From Capitella teleta (Eukaryota): 64,000 nt of DNA. The position numbers and the translations under genes were made by a program. Below the pieces are notes generated by a model. That model had not been told where the DNA came from, searched no databases, and saw nothing but the letters and a program-made list of their open reading frames with translations. Where the stretch lies: contig KB303236.1 of the NCBI GenBank assembly GCA_000328365.1, forward strand, positions 129,538 through 193,537, in the 5' to 3' direction. Of the stretch, positions 23,285-36,300 are shown piece by piece. Each line of letters starts with the position of its first letter. Within the stretch, counting starts at the first letter, position 1.

Positions 23285-23395
23285 ACTCATGAATATTGAG
23301 GAGGTGCTCAAATCGCGTTAAGTGATGAATATTCATATAATCTTCACTCATGAATATTCATAAGGTGCTTCTCTCCTCATCAGGCCATGCGTACA
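23285..23395. promoter_or_regulatory. cluster of three copies of the 10-bp perfect palindrome TGAATATTCA (one degenerate) in the SLC35B3-ACC intergenic region
   Basis: actcatgaatattgagg.., gtgatgaatattcatat.., actcatgaatattcataag within ~110 bp. ~1.35 kb upstream of the first ACC coding exon and ~300-450 bp upstream of a possible non-coding first exon (donor ctggattg|gtaagc ~23828). Confidence 0.2.
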
Positions 23396-24759
23396 CTTGC
23401 ACCTAGATTTTGTAAACAAAATAATCACGAGTGTGTCCACGCGTAATCAATCAATCGAAATAATTTAATTAATTACCAGAGCCTCAAGGCGCCGATGCGT
23501 TGCCATAAGGTGAGAATTGGTCTGCTCATTCGGCTGCAGTGCTTATGTTTTGTGAGCGTTCTGCGATAATTATATGCAACGGTAGAACATGTCGCTGGGT
23601 GAGCGATATTAGAGGCAGCAGACCCAGCTGTCAAGGCGAATGGCGTGATAGTTGAATTGCATCTGAAACACGTTGCACCCTAGAAGCCCAGCGATCCGAG
23701 CCAGGTAGCCAGCAGTCGGTGCGTCTACTCTTTTGATATTTGATATTTGCCTCATTTCGCCGGAATAGAACTGTGTACAAATAAAGTTGAACAACATTGA
23801 ACAGTTGACAGGTTAAGAACTGGATTGGTAAGCATTAAAGCAAGCACGAGTTGGAATTCCATTAAGTTGTTGTCTCTGTCAGCAATATAGCTGGTGAAGC
23901 ATCATTTAATCTGGTTGCTGGCGTTCAGAATGTTTGACCCAGTTCACCTGTAATGTTTGATTGCCTGACACGGCATCACTTACGTGTATACTCACGTAAC
24001 AATCAAACCATTATGATTATCAGATGCATTATATAACTATAATAATTAGTTATGACGTCATTCTGACGACTACTAAATGACAATTGTACGGGATATATGG
24101 GATTTTAACACAGTTTGGGCTTCCTTGGCTCAGATTCAGGACAAACGTGAACAGAATCATCTGCATTAATTGTATAACAACAGACTTTATCCGTCTGAGC
24201 TATCATATAACCATCAATAACGGTCTGCTCACTACATATTGTGTGTACTTAGCTTAGTAATAATTGCCTTAATCTTATCAGTATGGGTGGCCAGTGGATC
24301 TTATCTGATCTTATCGGGTGGCCAGTGGAGGCATTGCCTTCTTTGATAAGCGCCATCGTAATATTGATAACTGAAATCTCTGATAAGATGTTTTCTCGCT
24401 TTCTATGCGTCAAATGTGCGTTGAATTCATTGTGAATGTGAGTATAATTTTGTGGCTTGTTTTCATATTTTACAATTTACAACATTCGTACGCCAAATTT
24501 CTTTCAATTCCTATGATTCCTCCGCCTTTACACATCATCTATATTCACTTCACTGTATTTCTCCTTCCTGATTTTACCAATCGCAACACTTATTAATATT
24601 TGTAAATCAATTATCTTGTAATCTGTCTGTCATAGAGTGCAGCAGAGTCAGCTCACTGGCATCAAGTACTCTTGCTCTTGTACTGCTCAGTACTTGATGA
24701 ATGCAGATTACGCTGTTCATCATATATAGACTTGCTTTTGCACCTTGCAGTGATTCAAC

Positions 24760-25037
24760 ATGGCTGACCCTTCTGAAGCGGCTCCGCTCGTGAAGTTCAC
24801 CATCTCAGGAAGCGAGAGTGACCTTGAGAGCGGACACAGTCGCCAGGGAAGCACTGACGACGCCCTCGCTGGAATCCCCATCCCCAATGGATCGGACAGC
24901 CTGAACGCCGTCTTCCCCGAGGAGCAGTTGTCGTCCAGTCCCCTCGACATGGCCACAAGTCTTCCAAAGTTTGATTCAATTAATGGAATGGCAAAGATGA
25001 TGGAGACGGGAAAGAAAAAGGAGGAAGCCTTCTCCAG
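24760..25037 (+). CDS. ACACA: ACC coding exon 1 (N-terminal regulatory region)
   Basis: ATG at 24760 (caacATGG). Donor CCAG|gtgaga at 25038. Peptide [13 protein letters not shown]...[48 protein letters not shown](R). Confidence 0.8.
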
Positions 25038-27330
25038 GTGAGATCTATGTTTGACGCATTAATTATGTTAAACAAGTTCACCGCCACGAGAATTCTCGTC
25101 TTTGCGGCATGGGAAATGAGTGCCCTGGAGGTGAATGTGTTCAGAGTGGATATTCTTCCGTGCAATCAAACCGTGCCCAATTTCTTAGCTATCGTTGAGC
25201 GAATGCTCGCTATCATAAACCGTTTGAATATGAATTTTTAAGATCGGTTGCAGATAATTAAATTTTGCTATCCACTTTTGAAGGAGATGCATGAACATAA
25301 CATTTCGACCCGTGTGTGTCACTGATGATGCCCAAATCATCACTTATCACAACAATGGAATCAAAGGTCTTTTGGGGCGTTGTTCGATTGTACATCAGTC
25401 TCATTGTTCGCTAATCAACGTTTAAGATGAGAGCACATTCGTGAATAACCATCTCGTTCTTGAACTCTTTGTTCAGCAAGAATCATAACGGTCTCGGTGT
25501 GAATCATAACGCAATCGGGGATCATAACGCACCTGTTATCAGTCATCGTCTGATCGAGTGCATGATTGTTATCATTGATTAATAACATCCCGATTCCACC
25601 GAATGAATGCATGTCTGCTTGCTTCACGTTCCCGGCATGCATTTCATTACATGCGTGATCATCGTCTTTTTTAAATAACAAAACCAAAGGTCAGAAGGGT
25701 CAAAGTTGATGAAGAGGTTATGATGTTGAATGAAGTCGATGCAGCGGACTCAGTTGCTTCGCTCTACATATCTTCATCATGGAACGATTTTGGTGAGAAC
25801 CGCTCCTTGCTCTGGTGTTTACTTCGCCCTGTTTTTGTTTGTTTGCGGTTATGTAATAGGTTTAAATGGTCACTCGTGATGGGGGGGGGGGGCCTTGTTG
25901 TCCATTGGTCAGTCTGTCGGTGGTCATCTCTTGGGTCAGCCTCTTCCTCCTCATCCTCTGCTTCTCAGTCTGTGCTCTTCATCGGAATTCCATTTTTAAA
26001 TTAGTTTGACCCAGATATGAACGCAGAATTGATTACGTAATTAATTTTAACATCAGTTAATTAATATATGTAATTATTCATTAACACACTCGTAAGCAGA
26101 AGAGGCGGGCGAGCGTAATATGCGGGATGCCGGTCTCGCTTATTACGTCATAATTTTACGAGTGCTTTTACACTGCATCACTATAATTACGCAGCTGCCC
26201 CTCTCGTAATAATACTAATACCCAATTAAGCTCTCGTATCTGACCAGTGACCTTTTTGCACTGTGAGCGTGATTAAAGGCCTTACTCAATATTCAGTACA
26301 CACGATGTATACATTACTGCGTTATGAAAAGCGTGTTTCATTGCTCTATTCACCTAGCTGTATGTGTTCATTTTTACAATATTTTGCCAGTAAATTAACA
26401 TTTCGCAGAATATTGCTGAAACACGCAAAATTATCGTGTGTTCGGATTTACGAAAAACATTCTGAATATAATTCGGAGGGGTGATGGAGATAAAAGCATT
26501 GCACAATGTGTCACATTCTCATTTCGCATTCTGTCACCTGAGTGTGTATGAATTATATGTTCTGGTAAAGCACACAGTCGACAAACATTCTGTAAATGGA
26601 TGTTATTTAAGTTTGATAAAAAAAAATGAACATTCAATTAGCATTTTACGCTATTTTAACACTGTGAAGTTAATGCGAAACCAACATAAAGTTTGAATCA
26701 AATTCAGACTAAATACGACGACTAACAGACGTCGAAATCAGTTCGTCGCATTGACGTCAGGATCATGACGTCGTCTGACGTTGGGTTACGTTACCTGGAT
26801 ATGCAGAGCCAGCGGGCTCAAAGCTTGACATTTTCGTTGAGAAAATGATGTGACCAGTTAAAAGATAAGTAACAAAGGTTGTTTGGAAAACACATATTCA
26901 AAGCTTTTGTTTTATTAAAATGAATATTCAATTAGCATTTTACGCTATTACACACAACATAATTTAATGCGAAACCAACATTAATTTTGGACTAAACTCG
27001 GACTAAAGATGACGTCTGGTGGACGTTGGGTTACGTCCATTTCGGACGTCCAGCCGACGTTGGGCACACGTTCTCAGGTGTTTGCTGGGAAAGAACGATT
27101 GAATGCTGCAACTGAGGCTTATGACGTCAGAGCAGGACGACATGCACGCAGCATGTCTCCCAGCAGATTCCTACGCTTTCTTGTTTAACGCTGCCAATGA
27201 GCATGTCCATTTCGTGTCCATTTCATTGACTTTTCATTCTAAGTAAAGTTCTTCATCGACACGGGAACCGAAATGAAAGAAATCGGGTTCAGATGGCATT
27301 TATTCTGCATGTGCATTTGGCGATTTCTTG

Positions 27331-27361
<31 letters not shown>

Positions 27362-30300
27362 TTAATAATAATAATAATAATAATAATAATTGTTTTATTC
27401 AATCATAACATAAAAGGTGCGAAAATAACGTACTGGCAGAAGCGTGATCGCTTTTACGCCACATGAAAAGTATAGAAAAAAGGAAGAGAGAAAATAATAG
27501 TTACAACGAGTCTTGCACAACGAGAGAGTGACCAAAAAAAAACAAGACATCGAAGGAACTCTGACCATGGGTAAATCGATAGGAGATGATTGAATGTACT
27601 GGTTGGACACCATTGATAGTAGTACTAGAAGACAAATACAAAGTAAAGTGAAAGAAAATAGCTAATGAATCCTGAGTTTAAATTCGTGAACATTGTTGTA
27701 CGATTGCGTTACCAAAATGTTTATAAGAAATGTAACTTTAGAAAATTATCAGCTATGGAATCGATCTGTGAACTTTAGAGTTTCTGGTAGACAACCTTTC
27801 CACTACTCCACAAAGGCAGGTGATAAAGCATGTGGCCATATCAAAGCATATAACAACTGAAAAATTACATGATAGTCAAGTTGATGGTGTCTGTAATGAA
27901 CATAACTCTTGAAGCAAATGTGTGACAGTACAAGTACAAGTACAAGTACGGGTACAAGTACGAGTACTAGTATCAGTATTAGTATTAGTATCAGTACCAG
28001 GTACAAGTACGGGTACAAGTACAAGTACAAGTACAAGTACTAGTACTAGTACTTTGGAAGTTGTACAAGTACGGGTACTGGTACAAGTAAAAGTACAAGT
28101 ATCAGTACCAGTGTCAGTACCAGTACAAGTACAAAATATGAGAGAAGGAGTGTGTTAGAGAAAGTGAGTGTGAGTGTAAGGTTAAGTGAAGGTGTAAGTG
28201 TAAATGCATGGACTGTATGTGTATGTGTAGATGTCAGTGATGGTTTTGTAATATAATGGTGATTTAAATTGTCATTTAATAGTGATTGTGAAGATGATGA
28301 TTTTTAAATGAAAAAAGGTTAGCTTAATAATTGAAATCAAACGAAGAAAAAAAAATTCCGGAGGGAGATTCGAACCTGGATGCCCCGCCTGGTAGTTTAT
28401 GGCTCTCACACTCTGCCATGGAGTGACATGCTGTTAGCGTTTGCTGTTCGCGTTTGCTGTTCAAGGTTTTTTAGCAGTTAACAGAACTAATTATTGTCAT
28501 ATAACTCATTAACTACTGGTGATAGGCAAAAACTTGTAGGCATCAAAGCTGTAGATCACATTAATACGCATCGAATGGTGAAAAGTTTTTACTCGTAAAT
28601 GTTTATAGTTAACGAGCTGTGATTAGTTGAAAAATAAATTTCCTAATTAGACAACGGGACTTGTGCCACTATGAAGCATGGTAATACGGTCTACATGGTA
28701 TCCTGGCTTTGTCAATCCTGATTTTCGTAGTTTTATGACAATTACTTGCAAAGCTACAGTCCCACTAAGAAGCAACATTCAACAGACGACTGTGACCTTG
28801 ACCTTGACGTGATCTCTCCAAAAAATTTGGTGAAGCAGGATGACATGATGTATCTGACATTTGGTTCAGAGAACTTCCCATAATGTATAATTAAGTGCTA
28901 ATTATTGAGTAATTAACTCATTACTGTAACTATAATGATCTTACACACTTGGTTCAAATACAAAACTTGTGCACGTTGTTAATAATGTGCATTGAATGAT
29001 GAAAACTTTATTGAAAACCGAGTTCCGCAACGAACTATATCCAACACGACGTCTATCCGACATGAAATTCGTACTGAGATTAAAAATCCAAAGGCGATAA
29101 AACCGAGCCCAAATTTGCTACAAGTTTATTCATTTGAGCGTTTTTTGTTGGCCGAAACGGGAATTTGCGATAATCGAGTGAACGTGTTGCGATGTCTGAT
29201 CTGGTTCATTTATAGACAAAGCTAATCTCCATATCTCTGCGTGAATCATCGATTCATCCGACTAACATCGTTGATTACGCAACAGAAGCATCTTCAAACG
29301 ATCCGAAGAAAAAAAAAATCAATCAGCCAGACTTTTGATAATCATCAATGATGCGTCGTAGCTAGTGGCGACCCGCATGCACAACCCACAGCCCTCAGTT
29401 CCTATTGCCTCTTGTCCATTTCATCACGTGACGTGTTGTTTAAGAGGCATCTGGCTTCGCGTGCCTCCTCACTCGAGACGAAGATGAGTGACGATGCCCC
29501 GTGTTCCGCTCGTCGGCTGCGAACCGACAGCGAAGCGCATGACGATTTCGACGCCGAAGGGATTACGCAATCGCACGGATCCGCCCACAATGCCAGAGCA
29601 AACAGGGTGTTCGTCCGGTCGGTCACTGCACCCGAGATTCGGGCTTTTTTTGGGGTTTTTTTGTTTTGTTTTTTTGTTTTTTGTTTTTTTATCTAAATTA
29701 TAAGGACAATATGTTTTTCGACAATACTTCGCTATCGTAGTTTTTTTTTTTTTTTTTTTTTTTTTTTCGTTTCGTTTCGTGTCGTAATTTGATTTGATTT
29801 GATTTGATTAATTAATCGTCGATATATCATTATTTTGTTCTCGTGCATGTAATAAATTAGAATCCATTGTATCAAATAGGATTAAATTGGATCTGAAATG
29901 ATCATAATTTTATGATGATTGGAGACACGCAAATAATTAACGAAATACCAGAAGATCTCCGTCAAGGCATGACTGTTGATTGTTGAATAGAGTTAAAACC
30001 CTTGATGTGTACATTTGTATAACATCTTTTAGCGTGCAGTCAACATTTCACCGGACTTTGTGGGCCACTGCATCGAACGCCTCTATAAAATGTTTTGATG
30101 GCGAATGCACGCGCGATGATGATGATGCATGGGTGCAGTTAGTTCATCTCTCCAGAGAGGAACACCGATTAAGGTAGGAGGAGGAGGAGGAGGAGGTCTC
30201 AGATGACGGTCAGCGGGGTCAAGCAGGGTCAGTCGGGAATAGCCGCTGGGAAGTGACGGTCAAGGTGCAACCCTCCGTCGGATCATCTCGAGCGCCGGAG

Positions 30301-33300
30301 TGCGACCTGTGCATTGGGTTGCCATGGTAACGCCGTCGTGCAGGATTTGCGTCTGAGGTCGACTGCCCCGCAGTGCGTTCATTTCAGCCGACCGTGAATT
30401 CTGCCTCCAAGAGATAATAAGGGGCACCGAATAGCTCAGTGGGTTAAACCGGCTGACTGCAATCCTATGCCGACCGTGGGAGTCGAGGTCCCGGGTTCGA
30501 GACCCGATTAGGCAACGGGCGTTATGATTGTGAATTACAATTGTAATCCGTTATCATTGTAATTCTTCAGTGACTCTGCAGTACTGCGTAACAAGGCCGG
30601 GCGCTGTGTACTACTGTCTATGGTGGTATGCAGGATAAAGAACCCTTGGGATTTATCGATAAGAGTAGGGGAAACCCCGGTCCCGGGCCTTCTGTTCTGG
30701 CGCCCGTATCATCCGATTGGTTTGGGTGGAGCCGTAAAACCCTCATGTCATGCCCGGAGATAATAATTGCTGAGCCATTTCGATCGGCAATAACATCAGA
30801 TAAACCAGAATCATGTTGAATTAAATTCATTTAAATCGAACGCTGGCTCGTCCGTTGGTTGCGATACTATATTTGGCGACTGTCCTTGAGTTGATATTCT
30901 TAATCCCGATGTTAGGCAAATCAAAAAGCGCCGGTTGATTTCTCCGTCGCAAGGGATTTTGTGCGTGTTGCGTGCGTGTTCACGTCACGCACATATCGTG
31001 TGTCAACCGTTCTGCTCACAGCGCGCTGCTTATTCGACATGGCGGATCGCAGCGCAGAATATCGCAACCGGTACAACTATTGAGCATGCACGCATGTAAT
31101 TACATGCACGTATGTAATTACATGCACTAATTTTTGTTTACTGAATGTTGTTTGCTGTTCAATGTTCGTCGTTTCGAACATATCATGATAATCATAATGT
31201 TTGACCTACTTTTGGTCTTTTGACCTACTTAATAATTCTGATTATGGCTGCAATGTTAATGCGCATCCATCTGTTATTGATATGCACCGATGCGTTCAGG
31301 TGTGCACGTTAATTATCACTGCTTACTGGTGAACTAAGTACACTGAACATCAACTGATTGCGCCCACACGCTGAATCATAACGCACCTACTTGTGAATCA
31401 TAACGCACTTTTCGCTCCGTCCATCGCGTTGTAATGCAGGCTGGCGGTCAGTTTGGCCGAGGTGCTTTGCCCGTCAGTTGATTAAGGCGTGGTCATAATG
31501 TCCATGCGACTCCCATGTGCACATGCACATCAGGTGATGTGGCTGCTCTCGTCATTTTCGCTTCATCTTCATCATAACGCACTTTCGTTGTATGCACTCA
31601 TCGCACTGACGTTGCATATCACTGCGTATTGAATTTGATCGATTTTGCTAATTGAATTTGCATTTAATGCTGTAATCGGAATCACTAACGCGTTGTGCAG
31701 GGAACGAACAACCGATTTCACGATGTTCAGGTGATAATGTTATGTCATCAATCTACATTCAACAAAATCGTTTTCACTTTTCTGGAGTTAAAGAGTTTCT
31801 ATTTGCGAATCATCTGATTGTCGACGGGGTAGGGGGGGGGGGATTGGGTTATGTTGCCTTTTACTACGTTTTAATCTCCGCTATATTTTGATCTCCCTGA
31901 CCTCTGATTAGTGTGTAATTATATGACCCCTGGTCAAGCGTCAACATTGCAGCATAACGATGCCTAGAATTCACTACTACAGGTGTAGTTCCTTTTCTTT
32001 CAGATCTGTCATCAGCATCCATGTATATTATTATGTAATTTAATTTCTTGTTCACAGGAGCATGTCCGGAACGCACTTGTTGCGTATGGGCCATATCCGC
32101 ACCCCATCCAGGGGCTCCAAGGACAAAGACGCAACGATCGCCACTCCCGAGGAGTACGTGAGGAAGTACGGAGGAGACTTTGTCATCAACAGGGTGCGTG
32201 GTGACCTCATTTGACCCCTGCCTCCTAAACTTCCCAATCGTAGGTGCTCATCTCAAACAATGGCATCGCGGCCGTGAAATGCATGCGCTCCATGCGTCGC
32301 TGGGCATACGAGATGTTCAACAACGAACGCGCCATCAAGTTCGTTGTCATGGTGACTCCGGAGGACTTGAAAGCCAACGCCGAGTACATCCGCATGGCTG
32401 ACGTGACGATGGCGGTCCCTGGTGGCAGCAACAACAACAACTACGCCAACGTGGACCTCATTCTGGACATTGCGCTGCGTGCCAAAGTGCAGGCCGTGTG
32501 GGCTGGCTGGGGCCACGCCTCCGAGAACCCAAAGCTTCCCGATCTGCTGCACAAGCACGGGATTTCTTTCATAGGTGAGTGAGTGAGCAGAAAAGCGATC
32601 AGCTCTTGAATCTAATTGCAGGTCCTCCTGAGCACGCCATGTGGGCGTTGGGAGATAAGATCGCGTCTTCAATCGTAGCTCAGAGTGCGTCCGTACCCAC
32701 TCTTCCATGGAGCGGATCAGGTTTGTGGCGTTTTGACTCAGTCGCTGCTTGTAACTGGCATCATTCAGGATTGACGGTCGACTGGTCTGAGGAGGATCAG
32801 AAGAAGGGAGTGCCGGTCACAGTCCCTGAGGACGTATACCAGCAGGGATGCCTGAAGGATGTTGATGACGCTTTGGCCGCTGCCAACAAGATCGGCTTCC
32901 CCGTCATGATCAAAGCCTCGGAGGGAGGCGGAGGAAAAGGCATCCGCAAAGCAACCACAGTGGAAGACTTTCCTAACCTGTTCAGACAGGTGCAGGCTGA
33001 GGTGCCAGGGTCTCCGATCTTCATCATGAAGCTGGCGAAGAATGCTCGCCATTTGGAAGTGCAGTTGCTCGCTGACAAGTACGGCAACGCCATCTCTCTG
33101 TTTGGGCGCGACTGCTCGATTCAGCGTCGTCACCAGAAGATCATTGAAGAGGCCCCCGTGACGGTCGCTAAACTGCACGTGCAGGAGCAGATGGAGAAGG
33201 TCGGTTGATATTCGGTTGATATTGCGTTGGTGCCACTGCGTTGCTTCCAGTGCGCTGTGAAGCTGGCTCGGATGGTGGGCTACATCAGTGCGGGAACCGT

Positions 33301-36300
33301 TGAGTACTTGTACAATGACGAAGATGAGTCGTTCCATTTCTTGGAACTGAATCCTCGTCTGCAAGTGGAGCATCCGTGTACTGAGATGGTGGCCGCCATT
33401 AACCTCCCTGCTGCTCAGCTTCAGGTTGCCATGGGGATCCCTCTCTACGCCATCAAAGATGTGCGTGCGATGTACGGAGAGGAGCCCCTCCCCATCACTC
33501 CCATCGACTTCGAGAACCCGCTCGAACGCCCCATCCCGCGCGGCACCGTTATTGCCGCTCGAATCACCAGCGAAAATCCCGACGAGGAATTCAAACCAAG
33601 TTCTGGAACCGTGCAGGAACTGAACTTCCGCAGCAGCAAGGATGTTTGGGGCTACTTCAGCGTGTCGGCCTCCGGGGGACTTCATGAATATGCGGATTCA
33701 CAGTTTGGTCATTGCTTCTCTTGGGGAGAGGATCGCGAAAGCGCAAGGAGGTTTGGTCATTTAATTCACCGTGTTTTTTGTTTCCACGCTCGGGTGACTT
33801 TTTCAGGAACATGGTTCTTGCTCTGAAGGAACTCTCCATTCGCGGTGATTTCCGGACGACTGTTGAGTACCTCATCAAGCTGCTTGAGACGGACAGCTTC
33901 CAGAACAACATCTGCGACACTGGTTGGCTGGACAAGCTGATCGCTGACCGAGTCAAGGCTGAGAAGCCAGAAATTATGCTCTCGGTCGTGTGTGGATCTC
34001 TGCTGATTGCTGCTCGCAAAATCACCGACAGCTTCAGTGATTTCCAGAACAACATTCAGAGGTTTAATTTATGCTGTGTTTTTTTCTGTGGTCAATAATG
34101 ACAAACCTTTTGCAGAGGTCAAGTTCAGCCTGGGTCAGTTCTGGAGCACACAGTGGAGGTTGAGTTGATAACTGAGAATCAGAAGTACATCACCACCGTC
34201 ACACGTACGAGTGAGCACAGCTATTTCATCACTTTGAACGGTTCTTACCTCGAGGTGGAGGCTCACCGGTTGGTTTATTCTTAAAACGTGTTGAGATTTG
34301 AAACGGATTTTATTCCAAAGATTGAGCGACGGAGGCTTGTTGGTGAACATGGGAGGTTCCAGCCACACGACGTACATGAAAGAGGAAGTCAACAGTTATC
34401 GTGTGACCATCGGAAACATGACGTGCGTCTTTGACAAGCGCACGGACCCCACGCAGCTCATAACCCCATCCACGGGCAAACTCATTCGGTATCTGGTTGA
34501 AGACGGAGAGCACATTTTAATGAACGAAGTCTACGCTGAAATTGAAGTCATGAAGATGGTCATGGATCTGCGCGTCACGGAATCTGGAACGATCACATAC
34601 GTGAAGCGACCTGGGGCCACGCTCGACGCGGGAACCCTCCTAGCGAAGCTCACACTCGACGATCCTTCTCGCGTGAAAACCGTAAGAATCGCGATATTCC
34701 CGTTTCAATTAAGATATTGTTGATCATCGTAGGCCGTTCCCTTCACTGGGACGCTCCCTGAGATCGATACGCAGAGCCACTCTGGCGAAAAATTGAACCA
34801 GGTTTTCCAGTCGAACAAACAGATGTTGACCAACATGCTGGCTGGGTACTGCATCCCTGAACCGTTCTTCAAAGAACGTCTGTCCAACTGCATCAAAGTG
34901 CTCATGGACTGTATGAGGAACCCAGCTCTGCCTCTCTATGAGCTCATCGTGAGTGCCTTGAAATCTTTGATCAGAATTAACTCTCGGTTGAACAGGAGCT
35001 CTTCTCTTCGATATCTGGTCGCATTCCGCAAGAGGTAGAGCGTGGCGTGAGGCGTTGTATGTCGACATACTCTAGCAACATCACATCCGTTCTCTGTCAA
35101 TTTCCATCGCAAGCTGTGAGTTGTAATTTTATCAATTCTCTTTATTTTTTCATCGTTTACCTTTCGCAGATCAACAACATTTTGGACAGTTTTGCGGCGT
35201 CTTTGGTGAAGCGGGCGGACAAGGATGTCTTCTACATGACAACGGAGCCCATCACACGCCTGCTGAACAGGTAAGCACGACGTCACTGCATCGATCGGCT
35301 AATCGTGGTTTCATCAGGTACCGAGGAGGGGTGAGAGGTCACATGAAGGCGTGTGTCGTGGAGTTCTTGCGCGAGTATTACCAAACGGAGCAGCATTTCC
35401 AAGAAAGTCGGTTTGACTGACGAGGAAGTCGCGCTTTTAAAACAGCTTAATGTTCTGCAGACGCTTACGACAAGTGCGTGGAGAAGCTGAGGGAGACCTA
35501 CAAGGACGACATCTCCAAAGTGACCAAACTGATTTTCGCTGAGACGCAAGTCCAGAAACGCAACCAAATAGTTGTGGAGTTACTGGTGAGCGAACGCAAT
35601 TTCTTTCGCATGTTTATTTGGACGTTTTTTTTTCCTCAGGACAACATTTTCGGCGGTGACCTCCACAACATTCTGGGTGAGCGAAAGGAGGACGACCTGT
35701 TTGTCGTTCTTGATGAACTTGCCACGCTGAGCAAAGCTGAGAACACGCGCGTCGCCCTGAAGACACGACAAGTGATGATCGCGTCGTACCAGGCAGCCTA
35801 CGAAAAACGCCACAACCAAGTTGAATCGATCTTCCTCTCAGCCATAGGTCACGAAAACTGCCAGGAAAACCTCAAGGTTTGCTTTTTGCGAGTCAACCTC
35901 AACTGAAATATATCATCTCTTTTTTCTTTTTTTTCCAGAACCTGATTGAGTCTGAAACCACAATATACGACGTTCTCCCGGACTTCTTCTACCACAGTAA
36001 AATCTTAGTGCGCGTGGCTGCCCTGGAGGTGTATGTGCGCAGAGCCTACACGGCCTATGACCTCAGCTGCGTGCAGCATTTCCAGCTGCCAAAGGGCAGC
36101 TGCGCTGTGGAGTTCATGTTCCTTCTTCCCAATTCGCACCCCAACCGCTTCCAGCAGAAGGAGGCTTCCCTTCACCTTCTTCCTCGCGTGGTCAGTCTGA
36201 GTGATGATATGGGCTTCACTGCCATCGACGACCTCCAGTGTCAGCGCATGGGAATCATGACCGCGTTCAAAACATTCGACGATTTCGTTGAGTAAGTCTC

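Noticed and set aside
27803-28158. ORFs encoding VQVQVQ / LYLYLY / STSTST
   Set aside because: They are translations of the hexanucleotide satellite.
30421-30510. tRNA-like sequences at the 5' ends of the SINE copies as bona fide tRNA genes
   Set aside because: The same head is fused to an identical ~240-bp body in every copy. Copy 1566-1690 has an internal deletion of the head, and the head does not fold into a standard 72-76-nt cloverleaf. These are SINE heads, not tRNA genes.
32765-33685. 306-aa ORF on the minus strand (and 32253..32708, 32797..33093, 33445..33639, 33657..34055 on the minus strand)
   Set aside because: They lie antisense to strongly supported ACC coding exons. They are low-complexity Arg/Ser/Leu-rich translations with no domain signal, typical of the reverse strand of GC-balanced coding sequence.
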